Origin: an uncultured bacterium
GTDB lineage: Bacteria > Patescibacteriota > Minisyncoccia > Phycocordibacterales > Zambryskibacteraceae
NCBI GenBank assembly: GCA_963789635.1
Contig: CAWBLF010000003.1
Coordinates: 140,364-204,363, forward strand
Reading direction: 5' to 3'
Length of the DNA stretch: 64,000 nucleotides
Of the stretch, positions 63,117 through 64,000 are shown in pieces; position 1 is the stretch's first letter, and each line of letters starts with the position of its first letter. A program made the position numbers and the translations under genes. The notes under the pieces are model-generated. The model had not been told where the DNA came from and searched no databases. It saw only the letters and a program-made list of their open reading frames with translations.

Positions 63117-64000
63117 ATGCTACAGAGTGAACTCTTTACAAAAACACGCAGGGAAGCGCCCAAAGACGAAGTGGCCAAAAATGCCGAGCTACTCATACGC
63201 GCCGGTTATATCCATAAGGAAATGGCCGGTGTCTATGCCTATCTTCCATTGGGATTGAGAGTCCAAAATAAGATAAAAGATATTGTTCGCGAAGAAATGA
63301 ACAACATTGGCGGTCAGGAGATCATTATGACAGCGCTTCAGCGTAAGGAGCTATGGCAACAGACGAAGCGTTGGGACGATGAGGCGGTAGATATTTGGTT
63401 TAAATCAAGTTTAAAAACCGGAGCGGAAGTCGGATTTGGATGGTCACACGAAGAGCCGATAGCCGATATGATGAAGAATTATGTTTCTAGTTTTCGCGAT
63501 CTACCTGTTTTTGTTTATCAATTTCAAACAAAGTTGCGCAACGAACTGAGAGTAAAGAGCGGTATCATGCGTGGCCGAGAGTTTGTAATGAAAGATATGT
63601 ATTCATTTTGTATTGGAGAAGAAGATCATACAAAATTTTACAACGAGACGATTGACGCATATATGCGAGTATACAACCGAGTCGGAATAGGAGATGACAC
63701 TTTTGTGACGTTTGCATCCGGAGGGGCTTTCACCCAGTTTAGTCATGAATTCCAGACTTTGGTGGAAACCGGAGAAGATACCATATATTTGAATAGAGAA
63801 AAGAAAATTGCAATTAACAATGATGTTTTGAATGATGAGACGTTAAACAAACTAGGGATTACCCGCAAAGATTTGGAAGAAGTGCACACCTCGGAGGTTG
63901 GAAACATTTTTAATTTTGGCACACGAAAATCTGAAGAGTTGGGGCTTTATTTTTCTGACGAAAAAGGGAAAAAGATTCCGGTTTGGATGGGTTCATACGG
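63117..64000 (+). CDS. proS: proline--tRNA ligase, N-terminal part (continues beyond the window)
   Basis: Not in the ORF track because no stop falls within the window. Frame 3 from the ATG at 63117 gives MLQSELFTKTRREAPKDEVAKNAELLIRAGYI...YAYLPLGLRV...FRNE.R...G..R.REF.MKD.YSF. Confidence 0.9.
   Translation, partial: MLQSELFTKTRREAPKDEVAKNAELLIRAGYIHKEMAGVYAYLPLGLRVQNKIKDIVREEMNNIGGQEIIMTALQRKELWQQTKRWDDEAVDIWFKSSLKTGAEVGFGWSHEEPIADMMKNYVSSFRDLPVFVYQFQTKLRNELRVKSGIMRGREFVMKDMYSFCIGEEDHTKFYNETIDAYMRVYNRVGIGDDTFVTFASGGAFTQFSHEFQTLVETGEDTIYLNREKKIAINNDVLNDETLNKLGITRKDLEEVHTSEVGNIFNFGTRKSEELGLYFSDEKGKKIPVWMGSY

Noticed and set aside
1-64000. Alternative genetic code (UGA as Gly or Trp, as in some CPR and Mollicutes)
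   Set aside because: TGA ends well-conserved genes at the expected positions: fba 6949-6951, pheT 20895-20897, pilin 30863-30865, and 61251-61253. Conserved ORFs contain no internal in-frame TGA.

Overview
The window reads as a compact, gene-dense, moderately AT-rich bacterial chromosome segment. It uses the standard code: TGA terminates fba, pheT, the pilin gene and the 60723-61253 gene. I support about 60 protein genes and one tRNA-Thr(UGU).

Gene content:
- Sugar-phosphate cluster: gap, rpiB, rpe-like, two-subunit transketolase, PfkB kinase, class II aldolase.
- Information processing: rplY, rpmE, prfA, rpsB, tsf, pheS/pheT, gyrB, thrS, dnaE, rnhB, rpmF, nusB, rnc, smc, rnr, rpsP, KH protein, trmD, rpoB, rpoC, dnaG, rpoD, a UvrD-type helicase-nuclease, priA, mreB, holB, frr, rseP, proS.

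Several features fit a Candidate Phyla Radiation / Patescibacteria (Parcubacteria-like) genome. These are streamlined proteins, the split transketolase, a type IV pilin, four-helix-bundle 'IVS protein' genes, no rimM or rplS next to trmD, and many apparently leaderless genes. This placement is inference, not a database result.

Most notable non-genic signal: a modular family of nested palindromic repeats built on a CGAGG/CCTCG core. It fills at least seven intergenic regions, usually abutting gene 3' ends. It includes two 95-nt copies that differ at one base, two 100%-identical 151-bp copies about 4.9 kb apart, and a filled-versus-empty site pair.

Other points of interest:
- Two four-helix-bundle genes, each bracketed by inverted repeats and inserted exactly into intercistronic spacers. 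One sits directly upstream of rnc.
- An NlpC/P60 papain-like domain inserted inside PheRS beta.
- An mTERF-like repeat protein wedged between pheS and pheT.
- A NusB-NUDIX fusion.
- A TrpR-like HTH gene flanked by two 42-44 bp perfect palindromes with the same 20-bp core, next to a candidate structured RNA.
- tRNA-Thr flanked by degenerate copies of its own 5' half and 3' end.
- PriA with degenerate Walker motifs.
- A compact SMC with no recognisable hinge.
- Three apparent single-nucleotide frameshifts (prfA, rnc and a hypothetical gene). All lie at short homopolymers, so they are probably assembly errors.
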